The notes beneath the pieces were generated by a model. It searched no databases. It was not told the origin of the DNA and saw only the letters and a list, made by a program, of their open reading frames with translations. A stretch of DNA of 64,000 nt from Phoronis australis (Eukaryota; Animalia; Phoronida), in assembly GCA_002633005.1 (NCBI GenBank), contig NMRA01000502.1, positions 62,001 to 126,000 on the forward strand. The letters run 5' to 3'. How positions within the stretch are numbered: the stretch's first letter is position 1; each line of letters opens with the position of its first letter. Below are positions 1 through 13,082 of this stretch, piece by piece. Made by a program: the position numbers and the translations under genes.

Positions 1-545
1 CATATTTAAACATCTAAATGTACATAATATTACCCTCAAAATATTTGTAAAGCCCAGCGTACACAGTGCGATTTCTTATCATCAAGAGTGACCGTGCTGT
101 GAGTGCTGGCTTTGAAGTCGATTATATTTGTCGTGACCGAACAAACTAACATACTTTCAAATATGACGGGATAGGAAGAATGAAAATTTGAGTGTGACAG
201 CCACAGGCGCTTGGGTTTATCGCAAATGACGTCACTCAATAATATATAATTTTTATAAGAAAACATAAAGGTTGGACACTTAAACTTTGCCAAGCCGAGG
301 CTCCCAACTTCAGCCGTCCAAAATCCAAATAAAATCTGCGTGCACCTCCCTCAGTCTGATGTTGCATAAACCTTCGAAGCCTTATCTTTCCTAGATCCCA
401 TTAACTGTCTTCGTGAGTGGTGAATTGGCGATGGAATTTCCAAAACAATCTCAAAACTCTGAATTCAAGGACCTGAAATAGTAAACATGTGCTTCAACTT
501 GTACGCCTGTCGTAGGTGAAACTTCGAGTTTGAGCCACAGGCGCT

Positions 546-1931
546 TGGGTTTATCGCAAATGACGTCACAATTTATATATAAGAAAACATAAAGGTTGGA
601 CACTCGAAATCTGTTTGCTCAGAATTTTCTACTCAAATGTGCATGGAACTCCACGAAACTAGCATCGGACAACTCTTAGAATACCTTCTTTCATTTGATC
701 TCTTCAAATTGCCTTCGAGTGGTGATTTGGCGACAAAAATGCCAAAAGAATGCCAAACTCACAAATTCAAGGACCTGATTCCGTGATGTCATGGCAGACG
801 GTCTTCGCACATCCGGGTTTTGACCGACGCTCCCGAGCTAAATCCGAAAGTCTAATTTCGCGCGGCTTTCGCCGTCAATCCATCGACTACTTGATCATGA
901 GAAGCAGAGAGCACTTTATTGCCAAATAAATGTAATTACTCACATATTTGTGTCAAATATAAATTATCCTGATACTGTATTGATATGCGAAGTTTTTTGT
1001 GTACTGTGATTTCTTATGAAGGTTTTACTTTTGGCCAAAACCATTGAGTTAACTCTTCGGCCACGCGCATTGTAANNNNNNNNNNNNNNNNNNNNNNNNN
1101 NNNNNNNNNNNNNNNNNNNNNNNNNNNNNNNNNNNNNNNNNNNNNNNNNNNNNNNNNNNNNNNNNNNNNNNNNNNNNNNNNNNNNNNNNNNNNNNNNNNN
1201 NNNNNNNNNNNNNNNNNNNNNNNNNNNNNNNNNNNNNNNNNNNNNNNNNNNNNNNNNNNNNNNNNNNNNNNNNNNNNNNNNNNNNNNNNNNNNNNNNNNN
1301 NNNNNNNNNNNNNNNNNNNNNNNNNNNNNNNNNNNNNNNNNNNNNNNNNNNNNNNNNNNNNNNNNNNNNNNNNNNNGGAAACGCAGTCCGTGCAAGTATT
1401 ACAATGCGCGTGGCCGACGAGTTAACTCAATGGTTTTGGCCAAAAGTAAAACCTTCATAAGAAATCACAGTACACAAAAACTTCGCATATCAATACAGTA
1501 TCAAGATAATTTATATTTGACACAAATATGTGAGTAATTACATTTATTTGGCAATAAAGTGCTCTCTGCTTCTCATGATCAAGTAGTCGAGGGATTGATG
1601 ATGAAAGCCGCGCGAAATTAGACTTTCGGATTTAGCTCGCGAGCGTCCTTCAAAAACCCGGATGTGCGAAGACCGTCTGCCGTGACATCACGGAATCACG
1701 TCCTTGAATTTGTGATTTTGGCATTCTTTTGTCATTTTTGTCGCCAAATCACCACTCGACCGCAATTTGAAGAGATCGAATGAAAGAAAGTATTCTAAGA
1801 GTTGTCCGATGCTAGTTTCGTGGAGTTCCATGCACATTTGAGTAGAAAATTCTGAGCAAACAGATTTCGAGTGTCCAACCTTTATGTTTTCTTTTATATA
1901 TTATTGAGTGACGTCATTTGCGATAAACCCA
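546..1931. repeat. ~530-bp inverted repeat arms (546-1075 / 1399-1931) flanking an assembly gap (N 1076-1376)
   Basis: Arms are near-identical reverse complements (..GGCCACGCGCATTGTAA vs TTACAATGCGCGTGGCC..; TGGGTTTATCG vs CGATAAACCCA). A diverged direct copy of the arm's outer part lies at ~200-480. Confidence 0.9.
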
Positions 1932-2713
1932 CGAGCTGGACACGAGAAGTACGTGCTTCTTCGTGTTAGTTGATTATTTTGACTCTTCACGAAGTCACTG
2001 CAAAAAACGTTTTTAATGACCGAGGTGTTTGGAATTTATGCAGACAGCAGGGTACATTTCGAAAATTGCCATTGCATGGGGGTGACATTTTGGCTACCCT
2101 GGTCTTCCATACCTCATGTATCTAAAGGTAACTGGACATCATATTCCACGTAGGAACGTAGCAATTGAATATGTAATCCGACTTTTGGAACTACACCAAA
2201 TGTTTTGCGCGCAACAAACAATCTTTAAAAATTCCCATAGAGCTAATATTCACTACTTATACAATTCAGTGGCGCTCCAAAAATATTGTGCATTGTTATT
2301 TAGGACACATTGCCTCGTTTTAGCAATGCAAACGTGAAAGCGCGCATTCCAAACATATAGAACCATTTGCAGTTTGGACACAACACCTCGTTTTCAAGCA
2401 TATTGGCGAATTCCTAAAATATTGAAAAGCTAACGAACGTGCATTTTTTCTTCGAATAGGTTTACATTAATGTTCGGCAATGTCAACTTATTTCACGTTG
2501 TCTTGAACTCAGAAGCTCCTTGTAGAACAATCGATTTTATTTTAAGGAATACTATTTCAATTACTCAGCTGCCCACCCGTGTCAAAAATAGTGGACATTA
2601 CCCATACGCTAGCAGCTGTCCATGCGAAAGCATTGGTAGCACCTAGTATCTAATTATACTTCATACTCCTATGCTGCAACGTTGTTTTCTCCGCTTTGCT
2701 TATTTTTTCTCAG

Positions 2714-2873
2714 GCTGGTCACTCTTTTGCACGACAGCTTCATGACGTAAGAGCACGCAGTTTCAACATCACAAGTTTGAGACCTGCATCGTCCTATACA
2801 CTGACGTTGTTCCTTGTCATGCGAGATGGAGACATCCTTCACGAAACTCCAGTATTTCAATTCCAGACTGCAG
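2714..2873 (+). CDS. Exon encoding the C-terminal half of a fibronectin type III domain
   Basis: Acceptor TTTTTTCTCAG|, donor CAG|GTTAAC (phase 0 to 1). Peptide AGHSFARQLHDVRARSFNITSLRPASSYTLTLFLV...FQT has the FN3 L-x-P-x-x-x-Y pattern. Confidence 0.7.
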
Positions 2874-4150
2874 GTTAACGCAGGCCATTGGAAACACCCT
2901 ATTGACCTAGCCGGTCAACAGGCTAAGACACGTGATTGGTTTTCGGTGACGACAACTGGCTTACAGACCAGTCACGGGTCTAAGCCGGTCGACCTGGCCT
3001 AACCGATGAAGTCATTCAGGTGCAGCCAATGTGTTCTATCAAATGACGGGAATATAGAAAAGTGGGCTTCATAACGCACACCACTCAAAATCTGCAAAAT
3101 TCGTCAATAAACAGCTAAACGTTTTCATGAAAGCTCTGACATAAAAATCATATCAAAAGCATTTGATCTTTACTGAAACCATAGGGGGTGTCAACAGTGC
3201 AAAAAAACCTTTCCCATATCAACACCAGAAAGAGTTTTACGGCAAACTATTGCTGTGTTATTTATAGGCTATTCCAGTAATCCAAAAGTTTCTATTGAAA
3301 TGCCCGGAAGATATGGGAAATGCCAGAGAAGCGGCGTATGGATATTTCGGACACTGCGCAACTAACACTCTTACAGCATTCGCGTGTTCCTCGACGAAAT
3401 GAAACTTTTTGTTCAACTACTGTATCCTACGCTTACATTTTATCTTTCAAAGAGACATTATCGGTTTCTAGGCAAAGAAGTCTCGTTTTGAGATTATTCC
3501 TTGATGGGTATACTTGGAATAACTAGATTTGACCAGGTCTATAAAACAGCAAGATCTCGTTCTTATGATTTTATTTCAAATCGCCAATTCTGGCTGCTGT
3601 CCGCCTACCATTCCCCGAAATCAAGGATGGCGACTTTATCAATTTGCTCGTTATCAAGTGGGATTTACATTGTAACTCAGCAAAGTGTTAAACCCTCCCG
3701 TGAGAGTCGTGGGTTTGATTTAGCACTGAGATTGATCTCAGAAAAAATTACACTTCTCTAACCCATAACGTCCCTTTAATTGTTCTTCGCCTTGGCTCCT
3801 CAGCATTTACGAAAAACCCTCGATATCTGCGCCGGCACTGCAACGCTGCTGGTGTCCAGTCCTAATATTCAAATTGTTTACTCTCGGCGATGAGTGACAA
3901 CTTGGCTATTTTCCTAAGTTTTTCGCACTGAACAACAAAAGTCATGATTCCTCGATTGAAAAAATACTATTAGATCCCAGTTGAACCACATTCTGACATA
4001 GTCATCATAAATTCTGAAAACATTTTTGGTACACTCTGGATGTTCTTCCTAGTTGTACAGTACCAATCACTGTAGACCTACCTGCATGACTGAAAAGTAT
4101 ACTGTAACACTAATTTTATCACGTTTTACCCCCTTAACTTTCCTTTTCAG

Positions 4151-4273
4151 ACGACTTTTGTTCCAGCCGCGTTAAAAATGACTGCTCTGTTCACGCCCAA
4201 TGCAAAAACACACGCCGATGGTACTCATGCAAATGTGAAAACGGTTTTATCGGAAATGGTACCTTTTGCGATG
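4151..4273 (+). CDS. EGF-like domain exon
   Basis: TTTTCAG| ... |GTAAGT, 123 bp, phase 1-1. Peptide DDFCSSRVKNDCSVHAQCKNTRRWYSCKCENGFIGNGTFCD has six Cys in EGF spacing (CxCxxGFxGxGxxC). Confidence 0.9.
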
Positions 4274-4730
4274 GTAAGTTCCTTCGCTTTTACCGACCAG
4301 ACGCATGCTGCGGTATAGAGCTTTTAATGTTTTTGACGCAGTTTTAAATAAGCGGCGGTATAAATACATGTACACCTGTACATGTTCAGTGGTTCAGTTG
4401 TAGAATGAGGTTACACCCATTTTCAAGCTGCAGACCCGAATCCCATTTGAAGTTGGGTGTCAGGTTTTGATAGTTCTACCTACGACACCGTTGGTGAGCA
4501 AACTCAAAGAACTGGTCTTATCAGGTCTGTGTTCCGTAAACGCAAAAAATCGCGAAAACGCGAGACCATGCAAGATCTCGCATGATATCACTATGAATTG
4601 CGAGCGAAGCACATGATCACACTAGATCCCTACTCACGAGATTCTTGTGCCTATGGAACGCAACCAATGTGCCTCACTTTAGTTGAGGAAAATAGGTACG
4701 CCGGAGAGGCAAAGGGACCAAGCAATCCAA

Positions 4731-4875
4731 CCTCCAGTTCAGTAATGCTAGGTCCTCGCTAAAAACCAAGACTTTGCGAGATTACGTGAGATATTGCCGC
4801 TTATTTTAAATGAGAACGTGTGACTTGAGCTAGATTTTAGCTAGGTCCTATCCTAGGTCCTAGCCGCTGAACGCG
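4731..4875. mobile_element. MITE family copy (other copies ~61425-61575 and ~62215-62390, opposite strand)
   Basis: CAGTTCAGTAATGCTAGGTCCTCGCTAAAAAC.. matches the reverse complement of ..TTTTTAGCGAGGTCCTTGCGTTACTGAACTG at 61540-61571. Confidence 0.65.
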
Positions 4876-5023
4876 TGCCAGGTAGAATGAAGGCCGAGGT
4901 CTCTATGGTGTTTTCCCGAACTAGGGGCATTCGCGATACGCTTGCAGTGACCAATATGACTGATGAAACGCAAACAGCCAGTTCACTTACAATTTCTCTT
5001 ATAATCCAACGTTCCAACCCCAG

Positions 5024-5972
5024 TTAGCGAAGAACTTCATGGCTGAAAATTTGCAAATGTATGCCGAAGTAGAAAGATCTCAAAACACCAGCATTTCACT
5101 TAATTGACATGTGATCTTGGGTGTTACACAAGGACTCGACGACTTCGCTTAACGGAACGAGCACCTACTGTAAGTTTAAATCCTGGCAAAATGACGTGGG
5201 GGGTTCTTTAAACATGTGTGAAAACGTCTGAAACAGTGAAACAATGGCATATAGAGTCAGTTAGGTTTGAAAAAAGACCAGCTCAAAGTTGTCGGTGTGA
5301 ACAAGTGTCGAACAATTAGCATTAAAGCGTTGTAAATGCTATAGATTAAAGTAAGTGTGTTAAATAATGAAGACCCAACCATGAGGCCTGCGCGTGTCTG
5401 ATGCACCGTAAATGACATCAGGCCATCTACACTGATAATGAAGATGTAGTTGACTACCATAAAAAGGAACCAAGTGTTATTTTATTGACGATCAAGGCTA
5501 AAGAGTTTTGTAAAAATAAAGCTATGTGTTTTTGAAGCTGAACATTTGATCATTACTTTATTTCTTTTATTTTACCCAGAGTGTCACTGACGTCACACGC
5601 TGTGTGAAATAAAATGGCCCGGTAGTGCATTTAAAAAACAGGGAGCTTAGGTGTATGCGCCTAAATGAGGAACTTTGGTGCAGGCATCTATATGCGGTAC
5701 ATTTGAGTGGGAATCTCTTGCGGAATAACTCTATTGTTCCGCACATAGACGCATGCAATTATTTATACGGTATACAAACGGATTCTCCATGAGCTTTTTA
5801 AGCCTATTCTTCCAGATTATCCATCTGCCATGCCTTAAACTCTGATTTCAAATCTCTCATTCACAGAATCAGACGACAGTGGACGAAAGGGAACGAATGG
5901 GGCCTTGGCACTGCGTTGGAAATGCAGCAATGCAAAGGCTGTCTGGTTTTATTTGTCATATTGGCTACTTGA
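5024..5972 (+). pseudogene. Possible decayed exons (FN3-like and CTLD-like) of the same extracellular gene
   Basis: Segments after good acceptors read ..EVERSQNTSISLN*.., ..LNEELWCRHLYA and ..KL*FQ..GPWHCVG..SGFICHI, with in-frame stops and frameshifts. Pattern resemblance only. Confidence 0.25.
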
Positions 5973-6523
5973 AAAAACTTTTATTAATTTTTAGTCCAAT
6001 TCAGCATCATTTACCGTAATACACATGATTTGTAGAAGTAAGTGAAATTCCGGTTTTGTCTCAGCGTATGTTATTCTACTACTTTATTGATGCAGATGAG
6101 CAACGAAGTTCAGGATGTAGCAAATTGTCACTCAAATAAAATGCTTTGTAATTACTCATGGCATAGTTTTCAGCATGCGTGCTAGGGAGAGGTACAGATT
6201 TTCTAAAAAGAGCTGGGTCAAAAAGACCTTCAGGCGTGATCAGAATAATTGTTACACAACCCCGATACCAGCAACACGCCACATGTAGTTACAAGAACCT
6301 TAGTTGATGCCAAAAGTAACTACATCAGTCATCTTTGTATGAGTGGAATACAGTCAAGTATGTTGTCAAACCCTACTAACCTACATATTTGATGCTATTT
6401 GTGCTGTGAAAACATCTGCGGCATGATACGGTGCCGTCTGACATAAAATACCTCGACAAATTTAAAAACACCTATGTCTGTCGTCTAAAAGTCTTAGGAA
6501 ACAGGTTTAACACTGCCACCAAC

Positions 6524-6620
6524 ATGAGCGAGGACCTTAATGCTCTCGTGGGAACGTGGAAATTCGTAGCTGCTGGACAAGAGCATAGACTGGCGGAAGT
6601 ATTTGATAATCAGACACTAG
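6524..6620 (+). CDS. FABP/iLBP-like gene exon 1
   Basis: ATG in good context (GCCACCAACATG). MSEDLNALVGTWKFV.. contains the calycin GxW motif. The phase-1 donor needed to join exon 2 is non-canonical (see findings). Confidence 0.7.
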
Positions 6621-8960
6621 TTTAGAATGTTTTCTTTTAATAATATGAACGGTGCCGGATAAACAACGTAGTAGAAGGAGCACACTCTACAGGCCTCACG
6701 CTTTTTGGGGCCCCGAGCTCACAGCATCATTACATGCATCGATACAGTAAACGCATACGGGTTTTCATGCCTATTAGAGCACTGAACTCCGGTGATGCGA
6801 CCCCGATTTGGAATATTATTGTTGGGGCCTCGCCGTACTCAATATATGTACACGTAGGGTCATGGGTGCGTGGCCCCAGTGAGTAAGAGATCTTCAAAAA
6901 ATTGAAGCTGTCGTAATTCTGCATAAAGCATAAGCTTGCATAGAAGAACCGCGGCTCCCGGGATTCTTTTCTTTTTTAACAGTTTTAATGTAGTTGGGGT
7001 TTTATTGATATTCAGAAAGACAAAATCTGCAAAACTTAAATTTGCACAAAATGTATGGATTTGACATAGGTATGATGAGCGTCGGTGAATTACCCTGAAA
7101 TCGGCCGAGTCGATCAAAAGGTGGCGTTGCTCAGTAAACACAGTGTGTTATAATGCAGAAGCCGTGCCATTTGCATTCCACCTACCGGGTATTTTAATTT
7201 TGTTTTTGTCGTATGAGTATTTCAGTAGTGTCTTCGCGCTTCAACTTACGCTACGGGCCCCGCACTTGTTTATCCGGCACCGAATAAGAAGTTCACGAAA
7301 TTTATTATTAGAGCTTTGTCTATAATGAATATTTTACAGAAGGAGACCTTTACAGGACGGTAAGCTAATCGTATTCCGCAAAATTATAGTTCCTCAAGCC
7401 ATGTTTCGATATATTCTATCTTAAGATCCAGTTGCTAGAAATGAGTACCTAGAAGTTTTTAGTAATACAAAGTTGTGTAGTTATTTCATGTCTATGTGAC
7501 CCCCTGAAGCGTTTTACATGTAGTTATGTTAGTATATTGAAAACTGAAATCGAAAATATCTTTGGCATTTTCCATAATACTTGAACACTATCTCAAAACT
7601 AATAGTCTATAATTTTGTGTACGAGTATATTATGGTTTTCATGGTTGATTGCGTAATCCTTTAAACTTGCATTAAAAATTTAAGTCTGAGTTTGAGCTCG
7701 AGTTTGTACTCGAAATCTTGAGTTTCTACTCAAGTTTGTGCCTGGAATCTTGTTTCCGGTTGCATGAAACAGTACCAAATAGGTACTAAGCTAAGTTCCC
7801 TAAATATTTTGCGTATTTGTTTCGTTCTTTACTCAAAGATAAAGTTTTTGTTTTATCAATATATCTTCATAATGAGCTTTTCCATTGATATAAGTAAAAA
7901 CTGAGCCCATACTCTAGTAAAAATTATTAGGGACTTAGTCCTTGAATTAGAGGATTTGCATGAAACGATCCTTACCTTTTTCAATAATATTGCGGGTTCA
8001 ACGTAGACTTCACTCGCGATTTCTATCAAACCAAAGCATAGACTTAGTTATGAGACTCAAACAGAATAAAAAAGGACAATCAGATTTTTTCACAAGCCCA
8101 CAAATACACGGTCCATTTAGGGAACTTAGTTGAGTCCCTATTTGAGACTGTTTCATGCAACCAGGCACTGAGTTCATCAACTGAAAACTTCAGGACTACA
8201 CACTCATCTGCCTTAACCAAAGCCCGGGACAAATTTGTGTATTGGAAATCAGGGCACAGTTGCATAAATGTTACACGTTGTATAGAAACAGTGACGTCCC
8301 ATTATCACGCGTCACGTTGTTATTGTTGAACAATGCACTTGACGTCATGCAACAATTAAACTTATCCAGCGGATAACTTTTGAAGCTTTATGCAACTCAG
8401 CCCAGATTCAATTTTTTACATTTTCCGGTGCACTCTAACATAAACGAAAGACGGATGTCAATTATTCCATTGCCTGGTACTGTATGATTTACCAGGATGA
8501 TGGTGCAACTCTACATGTAGTTTGTGCTTGATGATCCCAGCATTGGAGCTATACATGTAGGTTCGAATCTGAAGTCGTGTTTACAAGAGTTTGGAACTTG
8601 AATTTAGGAGAGACATAAAGTGCGAACTTGGATTAAACACATCTGACTAAACTGTAACGTAATCGAGCACAGGATAATAGACTTTTATCTTGATTTTGCT
8701 GCAAAGCAGGACAAACATGACACTTCGAGTTCAGGTTTGGAGATTAAACCTCGAGACCTGATGTTATTTGTGTCGTTTGAAAGTCTGTGATCTAGAGCAA
8801 GTCACTTTTATAAACGTGTTGGTAAAGTCTTATTTTTCTTTTTATAACGTTTCCGCATGAGTTTCCACTACGTATCTGTGCTTGTTGTCGTGCAAAAATT
8901 GGATTTACATGCGAACTGGAAAATTAATGTGTCTGTAACTGAGATTTTACATAATTTAAG

Positions 8961-9145
8961 GTATACCTATAGAGAAATTCATGAATAAGAGACTCCAGTA
9001 TATAATGGAAAAGACGGGGGAAACACAGATGAAGACAATTATGCTCTCCAAAGTTATAGAGCCGGTTGAATTTTCCTTCGATCTTACAAAACCAACCGTT
9101 TCTCACATGGCGGGAAATCCAGAAGAAGGCATGCCGGATATGGAG
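8961..9145 (+). CDS. FABP/iLBP-like gene exon 2
   Basis: TTTAAG| ... GAG|GTAATT, phase 1 to 0, open frame GIPIEKFMNKRLQYIMEKTGETQMKTIMLSKVIEPVEFSFDLTKPTVSHMAGNPEEGMPDME. Resembles FABP helix II to strand E (FxL motif). Confidence 0.7.
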
Positions 9146-10284
9146 GTAATTCGATAAATTACTGTAACAGCTTCTCTCTCTGAAGCAATGTTTTTAAATG
9201 TATGTGTTATGGATGCATCTGACAAATTCTCAACATTGTAAGATATACATGTACGATATTCCTTTAGCACTGTCGCCCTGTATCCTTTCGCGAATGTCCC
9301 AATTTAAGTAACTGGAAAAATCAACATAATATAATCGAGTACGTAAGTAATGGAGTTTAGGAAAATGATATAAAAACACGGGTATTACAAAAAGACGGAT
9401 TTACGCAGGTAAGGACGTTCATTGTGGTACATTGTCGATCTTGCGTACATTGTTGCTATGCATTTTGTAAATTGAATTTTATTCATTTACACCGATTGCA
9501 ATTTTAGGGACCGTTATCGCCATTTTCACAAGGGCTTTATGGCGTTTTGACATCATATAATAACGATGTCAATTAACAAAAGTCAGCCACCGTTAAATAA
9601 GTACTTTACACATGGTAAAACATGACGGAACATGTCAGGGGCATTTTTCATCAAGTACTTGATATTCCAAAAGTCCCCGCAATCTAAGTTGTGCATTTTA
9701 GGTGAAATGCCACATAATCATTCGTGCTCTCCTAATATAACATTATTTAACAAGAGGTGACGCTGTTCTGCTCCCTGTTTACCTAATCACACGCTCAGAA
9801 ATTGAGAAGGTTCACAAGGTCATATTCGTTTACTTATCTAATGATGAAAAGATATAAAATATAATCTGTATTGCTGAAATATTCAGCTTTCTAGCTCTAT
9901 CGATATCCATTGCAAACCATGCAAGCATCAGTTAATGTGTTTAAAACTCCAACTTAGCTGTGTTTCTTACAGTATTAGATAAATGGAGAATCACTAACCG
10001 GGAGACGTATTTAGCAAGTGAAGGGCTTTTAGATTTCTCAACTGTTTTTGACGGGGACTGTGTTAACCATCCAGTATTAGTAACCGTTAACTCTCAACGT
10101 GTCCATTTTTTCAATGAAGTGCTATGGCCGAAATTTAATCTTTCTGCTCATAATCGAACTCGAATTTTTGTCATTTTCCGCTGTACTTTTGTACGAATTC
10201 AAGATATACCACAATATTAGCGTCAAATGGCAGATACAGCCGTGTAATAACCCATAAAGTTATCTCACTAGTGAGATAACGATT

Positions 10285-10365
10285 TGGCGGGAAACCGAGG
10301 TCGGGGTCGAACCCGGGACCCTAATATTGCTGGTCGCCGACTTTACCACTACACCACGCAGCGAC
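10285..10365 (-). repeat. tRNA-derived (SINE-head-like) sequence
   Basis: Minus strand has A-box TGGTGTAGTGG and B-box GGTTCGACCC at tRNA-like spacing. Acceptor and anticodon stems do not pair cleanly, so it is not called a tRNA. Confidence 0.55.
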
Positions 10366-10908
10366 TGACGTCATCAAGAGTGAAAATAGAATACTTAAAT
10401 GAGCACGCGCAATAATCGCACGTTCAACAAACCGCATTGTACTGTACTTATACGTTACGAAAAATAAGACACATAATTTCCATAAAAATGATATCTTAAT
10501 TCCGTGAAATTTTTCTCTCATGTCCTCTTACTTGTAAATCACCGATCTCTAGTTTGAATGCGGGTATCGTGTCGTCAGGATCTTTGACTTGAGAATTATA
10601 TTCAGTTACCAGTGGTAACCTACTTTAGCAGACGATAATTTCCCGGTCGAAGCTTAGCGTGAAAAAACGTGTTTTAAGCTATAATAGTTGGTAAACCTTA
10701 ATTTATCAATTCAATTTATTTCTATAATATTTAAGTTTTCAATTGGTTTTGAGTAAAAGCATTATTTGACAAAAATAGCCGGGCTTTTCGTAAAAGGTCA
10801 CGACCTCCGACCCCGGGCCTCTGACATAGAAAGTAGTTACAAAACCGAGGCGAGTCGAGAAAGGTAGATCGATTCTTTGCAATGTTTCTCGTTTAGTATG
10901 TGGTATAA

Positions 10909-11073
10909 ATAGATTATTACATGTTCTCAGTCGTTATATCCCCCTTATCTAGAGCCCTCGTGGATTCTGTAGAATTATCACCCTCGGGGTTGACGCCCCT
11001 CGGGCGATAATTCCCCAAAATCCACTCGGGCTCTAGATAACGGGGGATAACGACTTCGCCATGTAATAATCTA

Positions 11074-11107
<34 letters not shown>
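10909..11107. mobile_element. Palindromic MITE (10909-11074) followed by (TTA)n microsatellite
   Basis: TIR ATAGATTATTACATG / CATGTAATAATCTAT, with internal inverted symmetry through the whole element. Confidence 0.75.
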
Positions 11108-11108
<1 letters not shown>

Positions 11109-12267
11109 TGCTCTTTTACAAAGTAGTTCATGCAGATGAGCTCTTAGTCCTACTTCGAATTTAATGACCCCTAGATTTGAGCTAAGAACTTGAGTAAAAA
11201 CTTGAAGTTTCGAGTTCAGACTCGAACTTTTATGCTTTATGATGGTCATTAAGTACAAACTAGGGTTAGACAGTTATTCACTGAAGCCATTTGTATGCTA
11301 TCGCAAACGTAGAGCAGTAAATGCCAAGAGCAATTTCGAGTTGGATCTCGAGTAAAAAGATTAGACTCGGTCCCGTGAAAGTTTGTGAGTATTATTCAGT
11401 TTTGACAATTAAGTCACGGACAACAAAAGTCAAAGGTCCCTGAAAATTATTCCACTGATGACACCGTTGTTCATAGGTAGGATACCGTTGTTTCCCATGG
11501 CCGGTGTTCCCCGGAATTTATCTTCTCTAGTCCTGATGTTCCCGTGGCTCAAAGTTTCTGGGTTCCAGTGTTCGATTTTCCAGTGCCTCCCCGACTTGGT
11601 GCTAACCGGTTCTGTTACACTGTACATGTAGTTTGGTTGCCATTCCAAGTTTTCTTGATACCGGAAGGCCAGAGGGTTTTTGTTCGCCGTCTATTAGAAT
11701 ACTATAGCAGCACTTGTACGGAATTTCTAATAATATGGTAGTTTGCAATCGATTCAAAAACGCGGAGTTGCGAAAATTTTAATGATAGTAAATATTCCAT
11801 AGCAAGTACACACACCGGAACAAACGCATGCTAACGACACTCAAGCATGCGCGACTCAATCTCAGCGGCCTATTGTAAGCGTGTGTTTGATGTTTTCTAA
11901 CTGCTGTGGTGGTAAATTCACTGATTTCATTAAATAAACGGAACAATTGTGAACCAAAAGTATTAAACTTGGAAAACTGTTAGAAATTTAAAGTTTGGAA
12001 GTCAACACAAATATTGAAACAAATTTCGGGGTTCACCGTTGTTTCAGTTCAATAATGGGAACCTTCTCAATGTAGGCAGCTCACATCGCAAATCAGGGTT
12101 TACACGTACTTCTAAATGAAAACATTTTACGTCCCAGAACTTGACACGTCACTTGAGGAATTAGATGATATGTGTTGAATCTAACATAGCCGCTGGTATC
12201 AAAATATCATATGACTATTGCAGTAACTACATGTACATGTACACGCTAATGCTATTGTTTTTAATAG

Positions 12268-12384
12268 GTCACTACTGGTGCACTGACGTATAACGGGAAC
12301 TTCTGCTGGAAAACGAAGGTTCAATACTCAATAGGTGTTGAAATGGAATTTACATTTCAAGTCAAAGACGACTGGCTGGAATCG
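12268..12384 (+). CDS. FABP/iLBP-like gene exon 3
   Basis: TTTTTAATAG| ... TCG|GTAAAA, 117 bp, phase 0-0, VTTGALTYNGNFCWKTKVQYSIGVEMEFTFQVKDDWLES. Confidence 0.75.
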
Positions 12385-12422
12385 GTAAAACACTTTGGTA
12401 TCAAAAAGTCACAGGCCATTCC

Positions 12423-12803
12423 TAAAAGGATACTAAACCCTGTTTTGACCTTTTCAGCCAATCCTCGTTGTGTCACCTGCTAATGCATCACTGGTGTCAA
12501 TCCAGGAACATAAAACAGACATTGACTAAAAATTAGTACTCCCTATGCCATAGATTGGATATTATACACTACATGTAGCTCTTGCTGGGTGGTATTTCCT
12601 CACAGTTGTTAGTAATTCGCTAAAAGCGTGGGTCACACTTGCCCGCTTAGTAGACGTTGAAAGGAATTTTCAAAATTTCCTCCAAACCTTTGAGGGTTGT
12701 AAAGGCTACATGTTAAGAGCATAATTTTGTTTCAAAGAATTGGATAGAAAAGCCGTTTTTAACACATTTCAATGGGCCAAAACCGGGTTTGGTATCATTT
12801 TAA
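12423..12803. mobile_element. Small non-autonomous TIR element (related copy 15263-15532)
   Basis: Left end TAAAAGGATACTAAACCCTGTT vs right end AACCGGGTTTGGTATCATTTTAA. The same left end recurs at 15263. Confidence 0.45.
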
Positions 12804-13082
12804 TCTAAAGCTCTTGAACGTTGCTTTTCCCTGAAACGAGACTTGAAGAACGCAAAGGATTCTTTATTTTGTAAATTGCTTACGTCTGTTGATGAGAGTT
12901 TTTACGGTCATCATTCCTGTCGTTTACTCCTTGTTTTCTCTTGCTGAATGATTTAATGTCCTCTAGCGTGTGGAACCACGTGTAAACATGGCAAATGTTA
13001 CCCAGCTGGCTTATCCCGGAGTTGTAGCAATCATTGGGTAAAAACTGGCGAAATAAGCGAAGTTGGCTTTGTCGGTCTACTC

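Noticed and set aside
5100-5850. TGA read as Trp or Sec (recoding) in the FN3/EGF gene
   Set aside because: TAA/TAG stops and frameshifts occur in the same segments and the neighbouring genes use TGA as stop; decay is the simpler explanation.
10285-10365. Functional tRNA gene
   Set aside because: Promoter boxes are present, but I could not fold a proper acceptor or anticodon stem.
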